Shown: positions 10,112 to 19,799 of the stretch, one piece after another
Position numbering within the stretch: the stretch's first letter is position 1
How the letters are laid out: the number at the start of each line of letters is the position of its first letter
Source: Thermoproteota archaeon
Lineage (GTDB): Archaea; Thermoproteota; Thermoprotei_A; Sulfolobales; Ignisphaeraceae
Direction: 5' to 3'
Length of the DNA stretch: 64,000 nt
NCBI GenBank assembly: GCA_030550585.1
Contig: JAUQPB010000001.1
Coordinates: forward strand, 96,001 to 160,000
Made by a program: the position numbers and the translations under genes
The notes under the pieces: model-generated
Seen by the model: the letters and a program-made list of their open reading frames with translations, nothing else
What the model was told of the DNA's origin: nothing
The model's database searches: none

Positions 10112-10480
10112 TCACTGAGCAGTCTTTACTATTTGCTTCTCAATAGCAATGCTCTGAACTCTGGGAGCCTTCATCAAATGTCTTTGAACCAATACTATCG
10201 CACCCCATGTAGCTGTAACGGCAATGCTCATCGCCACCCCTGCTGTCGCTATTTCATGTAATGCTGTTGCCCATTCTGTTGGTGAGCTCATTGCTGTTAG
10301 AAATGGTGGCCATGGCACTATTTCCCCGTGCCAGAGATGCTCGAATGCCAGTAGTGCTGCTCCTCCCCATAGCATTGCTTCTAGAAGACCTAGATTAACT
10401 TTTTCGCTTACACTTTTGAACAGTCGTCTTATTACAGATACTATAACTGCTAGTATTGTTGGTGCTATGAAGCACGCCAT
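10112..10480 (-). CDS. Small multi-pass membrane protein of unknown function (MACF N-terminus)
   Basis: About 3 hydrophobic segments; LWGGAALLAFEHLWHGE motif; GGTG RBS. Confidence 0.75.
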   Translation of the reverse strand: MACFIAPTILAVIVSVIRRLFKSVSEKVNLGLLEAMLWGGAALLAFEHLWHGEIVPWPPFLTAMSSPTEWATALHEIATAGVAMSIAVTATWGAIVLVQRHLMKAPRVQSIAIEKQIVKTAQ

Positions 10481-10538
10481 TTTTGTGCACCGAAAGGCTT
10501 TTATTGTGCACCAAATATATAAGTTTTTGTGATGCTTG

Positions 10539-10826
10539 ATGTGGCTCTTGATACTAGCCTATGCAGCAGCTATATCGACTATGCTTTGGTATAGCAAAGC
10601 TGAGAATGATGTTTATGGCTATAAATATCTGGCTGCAATTCTTTGGGGAGCGACGATCATGGTTTTCATAGACCATCTCTACAGCTATTTCAGCGAAGGT
10701 GGGGAGTTCATGGAGATCTCTGTAGATGCTGCTGTTCTAGGCTTTTCAATGCTTTTAATAGCGATTCTGATATGGATTCTGATAGTCTTTATTAAAGACC
10801 CTAGAAAAGTTCTTCACAAGAGATAG
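10539..10826 (+). CDS. Small multi-pass membrane protein, apparent paralogue of the divergent neighbour
   Basis: About 3 hydrophobic segments; LWGATIMVFIDHLY motif. Confidence 0.75.
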   Translation: MWLLILAYAAAISTMLWYSKAENDVYGYKYLAAILWGATIMVFIDHLYSYFSEGGEFMEISVDAAVLGFSMLLIAILIWILIVFIKDPRKVLHKR

Positions 10827-10865
10827 CATTTTTAGGGCTGCTCAGAAACATTTTCCCTGATTCGA

Positions 10866-12122
10866 ATGAACATTGATGCTACTGTATCTATACTGGCCAA
10901 CGTGCTGTACACAGTTATGAGAAAGAGAGTTAGTACTAGAAAGGCATTTGCATACACCTGCAAAAGATTTGGATGTGGCAAGGCTCTGCTAGAAAGAGAG
11001 TTTCTGTATAGGCTAGCCCAAGAGTTTGTCTCTAGCTATTACAAGGTTCTGTACATTGTGGAGAATAGTGGGAATATCAGAAATCCCAGCCACAGAGTGT
11101 TGGCAAGGGTATTTATGTATCTGTGGCTTGTTGAAAGGGGTGAGAAGATAGATTCTAAGCTTAGAAAGTCTGTGAAGAGAGATGTGCCTAGAATAGATGT
11201 TGCAATATCGCCTGACGAGCCTTGGGCTGCACTATCCTATCCAAAGTGGCTTTTCGAAAGACTTGCAAGTGTTATGCCTAGTGAAGAGGTTGTTAAAATG
11301 CTTAGCGCTATGAATAAGAGGGTTCTATGGATAAGGGTAAACACCTTGAATATAGATGTAGACAAGGCTTTGAAGCTTCTCGAGAAGGAGGATGTATACT
11401 ACGAGGTTCACAGAGACATACCATTTCTCCTTAGAGTTGTTAAGAGTAAGAAACCCATTAGAAAGCTAGATCTATTCAAAAACGGCTCCATAATAATCCA
11501 GGACAAGGCCAGCGTCTTGACTGTTCTAGCCCTTGAGCCAGAGCCTGATATGCTGATATACGACTTTGCTGCAGCCCCAGGCATAAAAACATCTCTTATA
11601 ATGCAACTAACAGAGAATAGAGCAAGGGTAGTAGCATTTGATCTGTCTAGAAGAAGACTAGAGTCTATGAAAACACTTTTGGAGAGATATGGCGTGGACA
11701 CATCGAGGGTAGACCTAGTTCTGTCTGACAGCACAAAAATATCACTTAGTAGAGAGGCTGACGCCATCCTAGTCGATGCCACTTGTAGTAGTAGTGGGGC
11801 TATTTCAAAGGATCCAGCAATAAAGATTATTCTAAGAGATCCTAGAATCCCACAAAAAATGAGTGTTATCCAAACCAACATGCTGCTCAACGCTCTAAAA
11901 CATGGGGAGAGAATAGTCTATGCAGTATGCTCTCTACTTCCAGACGAGGGTGAGGAGGTAATTGAAAGGGTTTTGGCCACAAGCCCAAGCCACAGACTTG
12001 CAGATCCTAGGATACCTGCCTCAAGAGGCTATAAAACCTATAAGATATGGGACAAGGTTAGAAGGACAATTCCACATATAGATGAGAGTGAGGGCTTTTT
12101 CATAGCAAGACTTGAGAAATGA
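10866..12122 (+). CDS. RsmB/NOP2/Sun-family RNA m5C methyltransferase
   Basis: RVNTL, QDKAS, AAAPGIKT, DATCSSSG, YAVCSL, GFFIA. Confidence 0.92.
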   Translation: MNIDATVSILANVLYTVMRKRVSTRKAFAYTCKRFGCGKALLEREFLYRLAQEFVSSYYKVLYIVENSGNIRNPSHRVLARVFMYLWLVERGEKIDSKLRKSVKRDVPRIDVAISPDEPWAALSYPKWLFERLASVMPSEEVVKMLSAMNKRVLWIRVNTLNIDVDKALKLLEKEDVYYEVHRDIPFLLRVVKSKKPIRKLDLFKNGSIIIQDKASVLTVLALEPEPDMLIYDFAAAPGIKTSLIMQLTENRARVVAFDLSRRRLESMKTLLERYGVDTSRVDLVLSDSTKISLSREADAILVDATCSSSGAISKDPAIKIILRDPRIPQKMSVIQTNMLLNALKHGERIVYAVCSLLPDEGEEVIERVLATSPSHRLADPRIPASRGYKTYKIWDKVRRTIPHIDESEGFFIARLEK

Positions 12123-12201
12123 TCTCCATAAACATTTATAAAGTTCTTATATATGCGAAAGAGTAATACACCTTTTAAGCAAAAATATAACTGACCCAGT
12201 T

Positions 12202-12585
12202 ATGAATAAGAGACTCATATCCATTAGAAAACATGGGGACTGCTGTGATATAAATCTTATAGAATTTCTCGACAGCAAAAGATGTCATGGTCTAGAGATA
12301 AAGGTCTCTCCTTCTGGCACAGTCGAAATATATGGTTTTGGCAATGGATTTCCAAGCCCCATCAATATGTTTCAGAGCAATGGCAAATGGCATTGGGCCA
12401 CAATCAAATATGAGAATGTTCCAAAGGTTTTGAAGAACAATCTTTCATGTGAAGACGTTGCATATCATCTATATACTGTTGTATCTATGTCGAAAGACCC
12501 TATACTCATATCATTTGCTGAGAAATTTGTTAAGCCGTATTCGATGCATGGAAGGGTTCAGTGTATAGGTATTGAATTCACCTAA
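12202..12585 (+). CDS. Hypothetical protein
   Basis: 127-aa ORF filling the space, TTTTAA TATA-like element upstream; no recognised family. Confidence 0.6.
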   Translation: MNKRLISIRKHGDCCDINLIEFLDSKRCHGLEIKVSPSGTVEIYGFGNGFPSPINMFQSNGKWHWATIKYENVPKVLKNNLSCEDVAYHLYTVVSMSKDPILISFAEKFVKPYSMHGRVQCIGIEFT

Positions 12586-13054
12586 ACCTTGTTATTTCTT
12601 TTAATCTGTTGGGCCATGGAGCAAGGGTATACCTTTTTAGCCACTCCTCATCAATGCTAGCATTTTTAAGTGCGCTCGCAACTCTCTCAATAAACTCTTT
12701 GCTTATTAAACCCTTTTCTGCTGCTGGACACTCCAAATCGAGGTAAAGCACCTTCTCACCTGTAGCAAAATCATAGTATAGTATCAGTGGCCATAGCCTG
12801 CAATCAAATGGCCTGCGATTATATATTCTACAGAAGCCACTGCTATCCAAAAACTGGCATGGCTGCCCATTTCTCGAGCCAATAGCTTTTACACTACCAA
12901 TGCTTGTTTTTATTTCAAATGCCACGTCCTTGAACTCCTCTTCTTCCTCCGGCAATAATATAGCATAGAACCTTCTACAGCAATTCACTTTACAATTCTT
13001 GCAAATATCTCCGAAATCCACAAAACCAAGTTTCTTAGTTAAATCGCTCACCAT
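12578..13054 (-). CDS. YkgJ-family cysteine-cluster (Fe-S/Zn) protein
   Basis: CKNCKVNCC, CQFL, CRIYNRRPFDCRLWP. Confidence 0.88.
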   Translation of the reverse strand: MVSDLTKKLGFVDFGDICKNCKVNCCRRFYAILLPEEEEEFKDVAFEIKTSIGSVKAIGSRNGQPCQFLDSSGFCRIYNRRPFDCRLWPLILYYDFATGEKVLYLDLECPAAEKGLISKEFIERVASALKNASIDEEWLKRYTLAPWPNRLKEITRFR

Positions 13055-13176
13055 TTAATCATCAAAAACTTCTTATAATGGCCAACTATTTTTAAGCTGC
13101 TGTTCAAATGCTTCAATGATTTTCAGGCAAAGCGCATTTGTCTAAAATGTTCAATAGCATTACTATACAATTGTTG

Positions 13177-13198
13177 ATACCACAACTTAATGTGGTAT
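13177..13198. promoter_or_regulatory. Inverted repeat, candidate operator in a divergent spacer
   Basis: ATACCACA-ACTTAA-TGTGGTAT. Confidence 0.4.
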
Positions 13199-13255
13199 TA
13201 GATATCTGATATTAATGAATAGGAATTTTATGTGTGTTCAGCAACTTTTCTTTAG

Positions 13256-14233
13256 GTGATTAATGTGACAGACAGGTATGGTGATAGAGCTAGGCTTGTG
13301 GCACACCTCATAGCATCTGCCATTATTCTCGAGGTAGCTGCGTATCCAAAGCCTGGGAATGTTCATAGAGCAAGAGATTTCTCTGATACTAGATTTGAAG
13401 ATTTTCTGATAACAGGTGTTGTTGGACATCACTACATTTCAAAGGCTGTTGCTAGGGGATGTAAAATTGCTAGAGATGGCAAGAGAATCAGGGTGTTGGT
13501 CGGAGATCTTATTGAGGGTATTATGAGAGACTATAAGCATGTTTCTGGTGGGGGTAATACATGCCTTGGTTCATCTCTCCTCTTGCTCCCAATGGCTGTT
13601 GCAAGCGGCTATATTCTATGCAGTGGTGAACCGGTGAATATCCAAGGTATTTGTAGCACTTCTGTCAAGATCCTTCAGCAATATTCGACGGTTCTAGACT
13701 CAATACATTTCTACAATGCTATTAGAATTGCGAGGCCGAGTTACATAAGGAAAGAGGATGGCGTTGTAGACCCTCCCAATGTCTGGGACAAAGACTATAA
13801 AGCTAGGCTAAGAAGAGGTGGGTATACACTGTGGCATATACTATTGCATAGCTCTAAATGGGATATGGTATCGCATGAGATTGTAAATGGCTATCCAAGG
13901 TCGCAGACAAACGTGTTTTTCCTGAGAAATAGACTTAACAAACATGGGGATTGGAATAGAGCTGTTGTGGAAACCTATCTCTTTCAACTGTCGAGAGAGC
14001 TAGACAGCTTGGTGGTGAGGAAGCATGGGGTTGCTGTAGCCAGGATGGTTATGGGGAGAGCAGCAAAGCTGCTAGAAACTTGTCAAAAAGACTTTGGAGC
14101 TTGTAGCAGCTCTCTAAATGACTTTGACAAGGAGCTAGGCAACTTGGGTGTAAACCCAGGTTCTACAGCAGACATCATTGTATCAACCATAGCTTTGCAC
14201 GCTGTTGACAAGGGGTCTGAAATAATAAGATGA
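13256..14233 (+). CDS. CitG-like triphosphoribosyl-dephospho-CoA synthase family protein
   Basis: LEVAAYPKPGNVHR, GNTCLG, NPGSTAD. Confidence 0.88.
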   Translation: MINVTDRYGDRARLVAHLIASAIILEVAAYPKPGNVHRARDFSDTRFEDFLITGVVGHHYISKAVARGCKIARDGKRIRVLVGDLIEGIMRDYKHVSGGGNTCLGSSLLLLPMAVASGYILCSGEPVNIQGICSTSVKILQQYSTVLDSIHFYNAIRIARPSYIRKEDGVVDPPNVWDKDYKARLRRGGYTLWHILLHSSKWDMVSHEIVNGYPRSQTNVFFLRNRLNKHGDWNRAVVETYLFQLSRELDSLVVRKHGVAVARMVMGRAAKLLETCQKDFGACSSSLNDFDKELGNLGVNPGSTADIIVSTIALHAVDKGSEIIR

Positions 14234-14319
14234 GACATCCAATCGCAATTTTATGTGTCTAATTGACAAAGTATATAAGGCTGCGACAAAACGATAGTTA
14301 TTAGCGATGCTAATTGGAG

Positions 14320-15309
14320 ATGGAGATGATTAGAACAAGCCATGTTGGCAGCTTTCCCCTCTCATACTCTGAAGACAACATTAGAAGGGTTTTAAGAGAC
14401 TTGAAGAGGATAGGACTTGATGTGCCTACATATCCCCAGCTCAGATCATTCATAGACATCTATCTCAAGCCGCTGGAATCTCTAGGGATTGTATATAGTA
14501 GGAGAGGAATTTATTTCTCCAGCAAGAAAAACTTTGAGAAAGCCCCTCCAGAGGTTGTTATAGAAGACGCTGAAAAAACTATCGAGATAGTTAGAAGCGA
14601 GGGGCTCTCATTTAAGTGGCTGAGAGGGCCTGTCACAGGAGCTTTCACACTATCTTCTAGAATCTACCTGTCTGAGGATGTCTCAAAGGGTTTGCAGTCA
14701 ACGGTTCTCGCAGACAAGGATATAGTCAAAGACTTTTTCACAATATTCGTGGGTAACATGGTCAACAGACTCAGCAGTCTAGGATACAATATAGTCTTCG
14801 TAGACGAGCCGGCGCTCACATTTATAGTTGGCAGGAGGATTCTCTATGGATGGACAGAAGAGGAGATAATAGAAGTTCTCAGCAAAGTCTCTAAAAGTGC
14901 CACAACATCTGAGGTGGGCATACACATATGCGGCCACCTCAACCCCAAGATATTGGAGATTGTGTCAAGAGTTGATAAAATAAAGTATTTAAGCCTCGAG
15001 TTCTTCGCAACACCATCAAATATAGATTTAATAGATAAGAGTCTTCTCGACAAATACGACAAGATAGTCTCCCCGGGGATAGTTGCAGCATCAAAACCAA
15101 GTGTTGAGAGTGTGGACGAGGCGTATACAACACTTTTGAAGGTGTATGAAAGATCTGGAGGCAGGGTAGATCTTGTGTCAGGTGACTGTGGTTTTGGAGG
15201 TCTGAGGGGGAGCCTAGGAGATGAAGAGAAGGAATATGCTATATCTATAGATAAGCTGAAGACAGTTGTAGAAGCTGTTAGAAGACTGGAGTCTAGGACT
15301 AGACTCTAG
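14320..15309 (+). CDS. Core (catalytic-domain-only) MetE-like methionine synthase
   Basis: HVGSFP, GPVTGAFTL, DEPAL, HICG and DCG zinc ligands; about 330 aa; exact start uncertain (14314-14326). Confidence 0.8.
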   Translation: MEMIRTSHVGSFPLSYSEDNIRRVLRDLKRIGLDVPTYPQLRSFIDIYLKPLESLGIVYSRRGIYFSSKKNFEKAPPEVVIEDAEKTIEIVRSEGLSFKWLRGPVTGAFTLSSRIYLSEDVSKGLQSTVLADKDIVKDFFTIFVGNMVNRLSSLGYNIVFVDEPALTFIVGRRILYGWTEEEIIEVLSKVSKSATTSEVGIHICGHLNPKILEIVSRVDKIKYLSLEFFATPSNIDLIDKSLLDKYDKIVSPGIVAASKPSVESVDEAYTTLLKVYERSGGRVDLVSGDCGFGGLRGSLGDEEKEYAISIDKLKTVVEAVRRLESRTRL

Positions 15310-15541
15310 TTCCTTAGTATATTGATTGTTCTAACCCCAATTTATCATGCAATTATTCTAAACACCTTCAGCTCAACCACTCGTTTCAACTTGTAGCAAA
15401 AGACTGTGTCGCTTAATGCATAAAGGTCTTAGGTACGAGCATATATGGGCAAAGCAAGTCCAAAGATTTAAAACTGCGTCCATGCAATAGCTTTGCTGGA
15501 GAGGTTTAAATAATTAATAGCTTTTTGATGGTGCTGAGCCC

Positions 15542-16939
15542 ATGTTTATAGAGCGACTTAGAGCGAATGTGACTGTTCTTACAATTATAGCTGCCTTTAT
15601 AGTCTCGTTCTCTTTGTCGATATATATGCATGTGCCCTACCCCCCAGATAGAAAAGCTCCATTCGATGATCTAGGCTTTATATACAGCGATATTGTGTAT
15701 GGTGTCTTTACCCCGAGATTTCTCGACACAGTCTCTTCTACTGGGCTCGTCGATTCCAAGGTTTCTGAGTTTTGGTATAATAGAGATGCTTTGGCAAGGC
15801 TTGTTAACGGCAGTGTCAATATATTCACATGTCCTGTTCCATACAAAGACTACAAGTTTGAGTATCCACCTATGATAGCACTTCTATGGTATTTCTCTAC
15901 ATGCACCTCATTTCTATACACATACAACTTCATCAAAGTTCCTAGAAGCCCTCTGGAATATAGATCCATAGTCTCTGAATATGTTACTCCAATGCACTTC
16001 GCAATACAAGTTTCCTTTACTATCATCTTCGCCTCTATTCTAGTTTTATACATGCTTAAAATAGCCAAGATAATAAACTTTGATTATAGAAGACTCGTCC
16101 TACTGTTTCTACTTCCATCGACCATCATCTACTCCACATACAATTGGGACGTTATAACAGCCACACTTGTCGTAATGTCGTTATATTACCTCATCAACAA
16201 GCGCTATTTTGTTAGCGGATCCCTGCTAGGTCTAGCTGTTTCAGCAAAACTCATACCAGTATTAGCAGGTGTTGCAATTGGTTATGATCTTCTGCAAAAA
16301 GCCTTTGCAAAGAATTCCAACAGCCATGGATACAACGATGTAGCTATGTATCTAATTGGGCTGGGGGCAACAAGTGGCATACCCTATGCAGCTGTGGCAA
16401 CATTGTTTAGCAAAGGTTTTTCAGATTTTGTAAACCATCATTATTCGTGGTATTGTGAAAATTGCATATATCTTCCATTTATCCAGAATATCTATAGTCC
16501 GCTTCACAAAATACTATTCTACGCATTGGCAACATTGTTCATGTTACTCATTATGACTATCAACATTGAATACAATTGGAAGCTGTTTGGCGTGGCCTTC
16601 TCATCCATCGCCGTTGGTACTGTTTTGAACTATGTGTTCTCCCCTCAAATGATGTTGATGCTAACACCATTGGCAATAGCTGTTTTACCCCAAAGAATGC
16701 TTACAATATATGCTATAGCAGACTCCGCTAATGCTCTAATCATACTACTGTTTTTTGAAGACTCGGCTATCCGAGCCTGGTTATCAAACTATATTAGCAT
16801 ATCAACATCTTTCTCGCCTTGGACCATAGACTCGCCGGTTCAGTGGATTGCTTTCATAAGGAATCTGCTACTATTCATCATATTCTTGGATGTGATTGCC
16901 CAGCTCATTCACAAAAACGGGCCGGGAAACACATCATGA
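15542..16939 (+). CDS. GT-C fold polytopic membrane glycosyltransferase (GT87/DUF2029-like)
   Basis: YSDI, PYKDYKFEYPP, NWD, KLIP, FSPQ; many TM segments. Confidence 0.78.
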   Translation: MFIERLRANVTVLTIIAAFIVSFSLSIYMHVPYPPDRKAPFDDLGFIYSDIVYGVFTPRFLDTVSSTGLVDSKVSEFWYNRDALARLVNGSVNIFTCPVPYKDYKFEYPPMIALLWYFSTCTSFLYTYNFIKVPRSPLEYRSIVSEYVTPMHFAIQVSFTIIFASILVLYMLKIAKIINFDYRRLVLLFLLPSTIIYSTYNWDVITATLVVMSLYYLINKRYFVSGSLLGLAVSAKLIPVLAGVAIGYDLLQKAFAKNSNSHGYNDVAMYLIGLGATSGIPYAAVATLFSKGFSDFVNHHYSWYCENCIYLPFIQNIYSPLHKILFYALATLFMLLIMTINIEYNWKLFGVAFSSIAVGTVLNYVFSPQMMLMLTPLAIAVLPQRMLTIYAIADSANALIILLFFEDSAIRAWLSNYISISTSFSPWTIDSPVQWIAFIRNLLLFIIFLDVIAQLIHKNGPGNTS

Positions 16940-17493
16940 AGAGCTGTTTGCTTGCAATTCCTTTAGCTAGTATAGCAATTCCATTGATATGCATAGCCAT
17001 CTCAATAGCGCTTTCCCCATGGTTCAACATAACAAGCAATGCTCTTAGTGACTTGGGCCACGCAATCAACAGTAAAGTCTCCCCAATATTCAACTTTGGT
17101 CTTAGCCTAGGAGGAACGCTAATCATTGTAACAGCAGTCACAATAATAATCAGAGCTGGCAAACCAATGGCTATCTCCACGTCTGTTACTGGCTATACAT
17201 TAATTCTTGTGGCTGTATTTGATGAGGTTTACAACAGATATGGCAAACTGCATTTCTGGGTTTCTGTAGCATTCTTTCTCTCTTTAGCAACATCGCTAGT
17301 AATATACTCTCTAATTACATCAAATAAAATAAAAAGGATTATGCCATTAGCCCTACTCGCAGTTGGTGTGGCTTTGTGGATACTACACCTATTTTACAAA
17401 ATACCGCCTGGTGCTGCCATACCAGAGTTGATATCAATATTCATCATAATTCCATTCTATATTGATATTGTTATAAAAGCTTTGAAGAAGTAG
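16936..17493 (+). CDS. DUF998-family membrane protein
   Basis: SPWFNITSNALSDLG, FNFGL, LHFWVS, PEL; ATGA overlap with the upstream gene. Confidence 0.8.
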   Translation: MKSCLLAIPLASIAIPLICIAISIALSPWFNITSNALSDLGHAINSKVSPIFNFGLSLGGTLIIVTAVTIIIRAGKPMAISTSVTGYTLILVAVFDEVYNRYGKLHFWVSVAFFLSLATSLVIYSLITSNKIKRIMPLALLAVGVALWILHLFYKIPPGAAIPELISIFIIIPFYIDIVIKALKK

Positions 17494-17524
17494 TTAATCG
17501 GAAATTGAATAGCTAAGGTTTTGA

Positions 17525-18460
17525 TTATATTCTAGACTCGTTTACGTTGAGCAGACTTGAGTATCTCTCAACAAACTTCTCTAGTTCTTCTCTTTTCGGC
17601 GAATCATATGACAATATGCGTGTTGCTTTTAACCCAGCTGCAATAGATGCATATACCAGCGCTTCGCTAACTCTTCTTTTCTCTAGGTACACTGTTGCAA
17701 ATACCCCTGTGAAGACGTCTCCACATCCAGATGTGGAATAGGGTTTTAGACCAAGCTTTTTTAGTGGAAGCGCGTTAACCTCTATGACTCTACCCCTCTT
17801 GTAGTCGTATAGCACTGCCCCCTTCTCACCTCTCTTAACAATTATCAGACAATTCGATTTTGAGTCTTCAGCACCACCGCCCTTTCTAGTTCTAATGTAG
17901 TGCAAATACTCGTTTTCATTTGGCATTATAAAACATTCATACTCTACGTTGTTGACTATCTCCAGCGGGTTCCAAATGTTTCCAGGATCCATAAAAACAG
18001 TGTTCCCACGAAATCTTGCAAGCACCTCTACAGCTACATGCCTCGGTATGTTAGCCACCACTACAGCCAATGCTTTTTCAATCTCTTGCGGAATGTGGGA
18101 AATATCCAACTCGTTGTTTGCACCTGGAATAGACACTATTGTAGACTCTCCATAGTCGTCTACTATAACATATGCCCTACCTGTGGCCTTGCCGAGCACA
18201 ACTATATGTTCTGTACCAACACCTTCTGAGCTGAGAAAACCCATAATCAAATCCTTTAGATCGTGCCCAACAGCACCAAAGAGTTTAACATCCCTTGTAC
18301 CTGCTCTAGCCATGGATATTGCTATATTTGCGCCTGTTCCCCCCACACCCTCAGCAATTACCCTACCAACAAATTTCTTACCCCTTTCAAACACACCTCC
18401 AACAGATATTATTGTATCGTAGTTTATTCTACCCGCTACAAAAACTGTCAATAACATCAC
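17525..18460 (-). CDS. PfkB-family carbohydrate/nucleoside kinase
   Basis: GGTGANIA, PNENE, KRGEKGA, STSGCGDVF. Confidence 0.9.
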   Translation of the reverse strand: MMLLTVFVAGRINYDTIISVGGVFERGKKFVGRVIAEGVGGTGANIAISMARAGTRDVKLFGAVGHDLKDLIMGFLSSEGVGTEHIVVLGKATGRAYVIVDDYGESTIVSIPGANNELDISHIPQEIEKALAVVVANIPRHVAVEVLARFRGNTVFMDPGNIWNPLEIVNNVEYECFIMPNENEYLHYIRTRKGGGAEDSKSNCLIIVKRGEKGAVLYDYKRGRVIEVNALPLKKLGLKPYSTSGCGDVFTGVFATVYLEKRRVSEALVYASIAAGLKATRILSYDSPKREELEKFVERYSSLLNVNESRI

Positions 18461-19056
18461 CTCGAGTAAAACCCTACTATATACCCATATGCAATCACAT
18501 GCCCATTCACTCTACTCAGCACATCCTCTGGCATTAGACCACTACCCCAGTCAGAATCTATGTCGAGGGCCATAGCCAAGAATATGTATCTATGCGGCTT
18601 ATCTCCTCTAGGGGGGCACATCCCCCCATAGCCCACATGTCCAAAGCTATTCAAACCCTGTCTTAGACTACCGCTCTTAGACTCTCCCTCGCTAATATCT
18701 ATATTTGCCCCGTTTAATCCATAAACAATCCAGTGATAGAAAACACCGCTAGGAGCGTCAGGGTCATAAACAATTAAAACAATGCTTTTGGCTTCTTGGG
18801 GTATATTGGATATTGTTAACTGTGGCGATATATTCTCTCCATCACATGTGTATTTCTGGGGTATTACCGAGCCATTGCTAAAAGATGTGCTGGTAACCAA
18901 TATAGATTTTCTTGCAGATTTAACCACACTCTCTATGCTTATACCAATTGAGGTGGATTCTGGGGTAATAAGATACTTATATGCTATTATAGTAACAATA
19001 ATTAATGCAATTATAGCTATTGTTATATAAAAAACTGTTTTTCTCAATACAACCAC
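18457..19056 (-). CDS. YbhB/YbcL (PEBP) family protein with N-terminal membrane anchor
   Basis: YTCDGENISP, DPDAP, HWIVY, GYGGMCPP, HRY. Confidence 0.9.
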   Translation of the reverse strand: MVVLRKTVFYITIAIIALIIVTIIAYKYLITPESTSIGISIESVVKSARKSILVTSTSFSNGSVIPQKYTCDGENISPQLTISNIPQEAKSIVLIVYDPDAPSGVFYHWIVYGLNGANIDISEGESKSGSLRQGLNSFGHVGYGGMCPPRGDKPHRYIFLAMALDIDSDWGSGLMPEDVLSRVNGHVIAYGYIVGFYSR

Positions 19057-19123
19057 AAAAATTATGTAGGTATTCGTAGAAATTTAAGTTTAACAACTCT
19101 ATTCTGTTAAAATTTTACTGAAG

Positions 19124-19735
19124 CTACTTAGAAAGGGCTTTTCTAGCCTCTTCAATAATTTTCCTAACCATCTCATTTTCTGTAGTGCTTGGGTAGATAG
19201 CCACTAAACTATTGTTACTTGGCTGCTTTGGCTCCTTGGCTCTTCTCCTTATCAAACCTAGAACAATGTTCAATGAGTATAGAGCTATAGAGACCCATGC
19301 ACCCCACCCTATCGCTTCTATGCCGACACCCCCGAGCACCGCTATGGCTGTTGCTGATGATATAAACCCTAGTGCTATACCAAATCCTATCGATGATGAT
19401 GCTAAAAAGACTCCCCTGCCATCGACTATGTCAGCCAGCCATAGAACGCCTCCAAAGGCTGCAAATATAGAGGTTAGCAATAGCGACTTTGCAAAAACAT
19501 CGCCTGCCAATCCCATTACCTTGTATGCATTGTATAGCGTGTAGCTCTCACCTCCTTGTATAATCCACGGCGCTACAAATACCAAGACAAACACAGCTAA
19601 AGATGCTAATGCTCCAGTTCCTGGAACAGCTGCTTGCCAATACCTCCTATTCTTGGTGTTTATAGCTACTAGCGATATTATTGGTGCCGAGCCTAAAGCT
19701 GCTATGAAATAAACTATTTCTTCTAGTTCTAGCAT
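19124..19735 (-). CDS. Hypothetical membrane protein
   Basis: About 5 hydrophobic segments; start moved to ATG 19735 to avoid overlap with mobB. Confidence 0.65.
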   Translation of the reverse strand: MLELEEIVYFIAALGSAPIISLVAINTKNRRYWQAAVPGTGALASLAVFVLVFVAPWIIQGGESYTLYNAYKVMGLAGDVFAKSLLLTSIFAAFGGVLWLADIVDGRGVFLASSSIGFGIALGFISSATAIAVLGGVGIEAIGWGAWVSIALYSLNIVLGLIRRRAKEPKQPSNNSLVAIYPSTTENEMVRKIIEEARKALSK

Positions 19736-19799
19736 ATCATACTGCACCACAGCATTATTTACAGCGATTAGATATATAAGATTGTGACCGCATAAAATA

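Noticed and set aside
15310-15541. 230-nt spacer with a 36-codon minus-strand ORF
   Set aside because: No RBS, motif or structure supporting it
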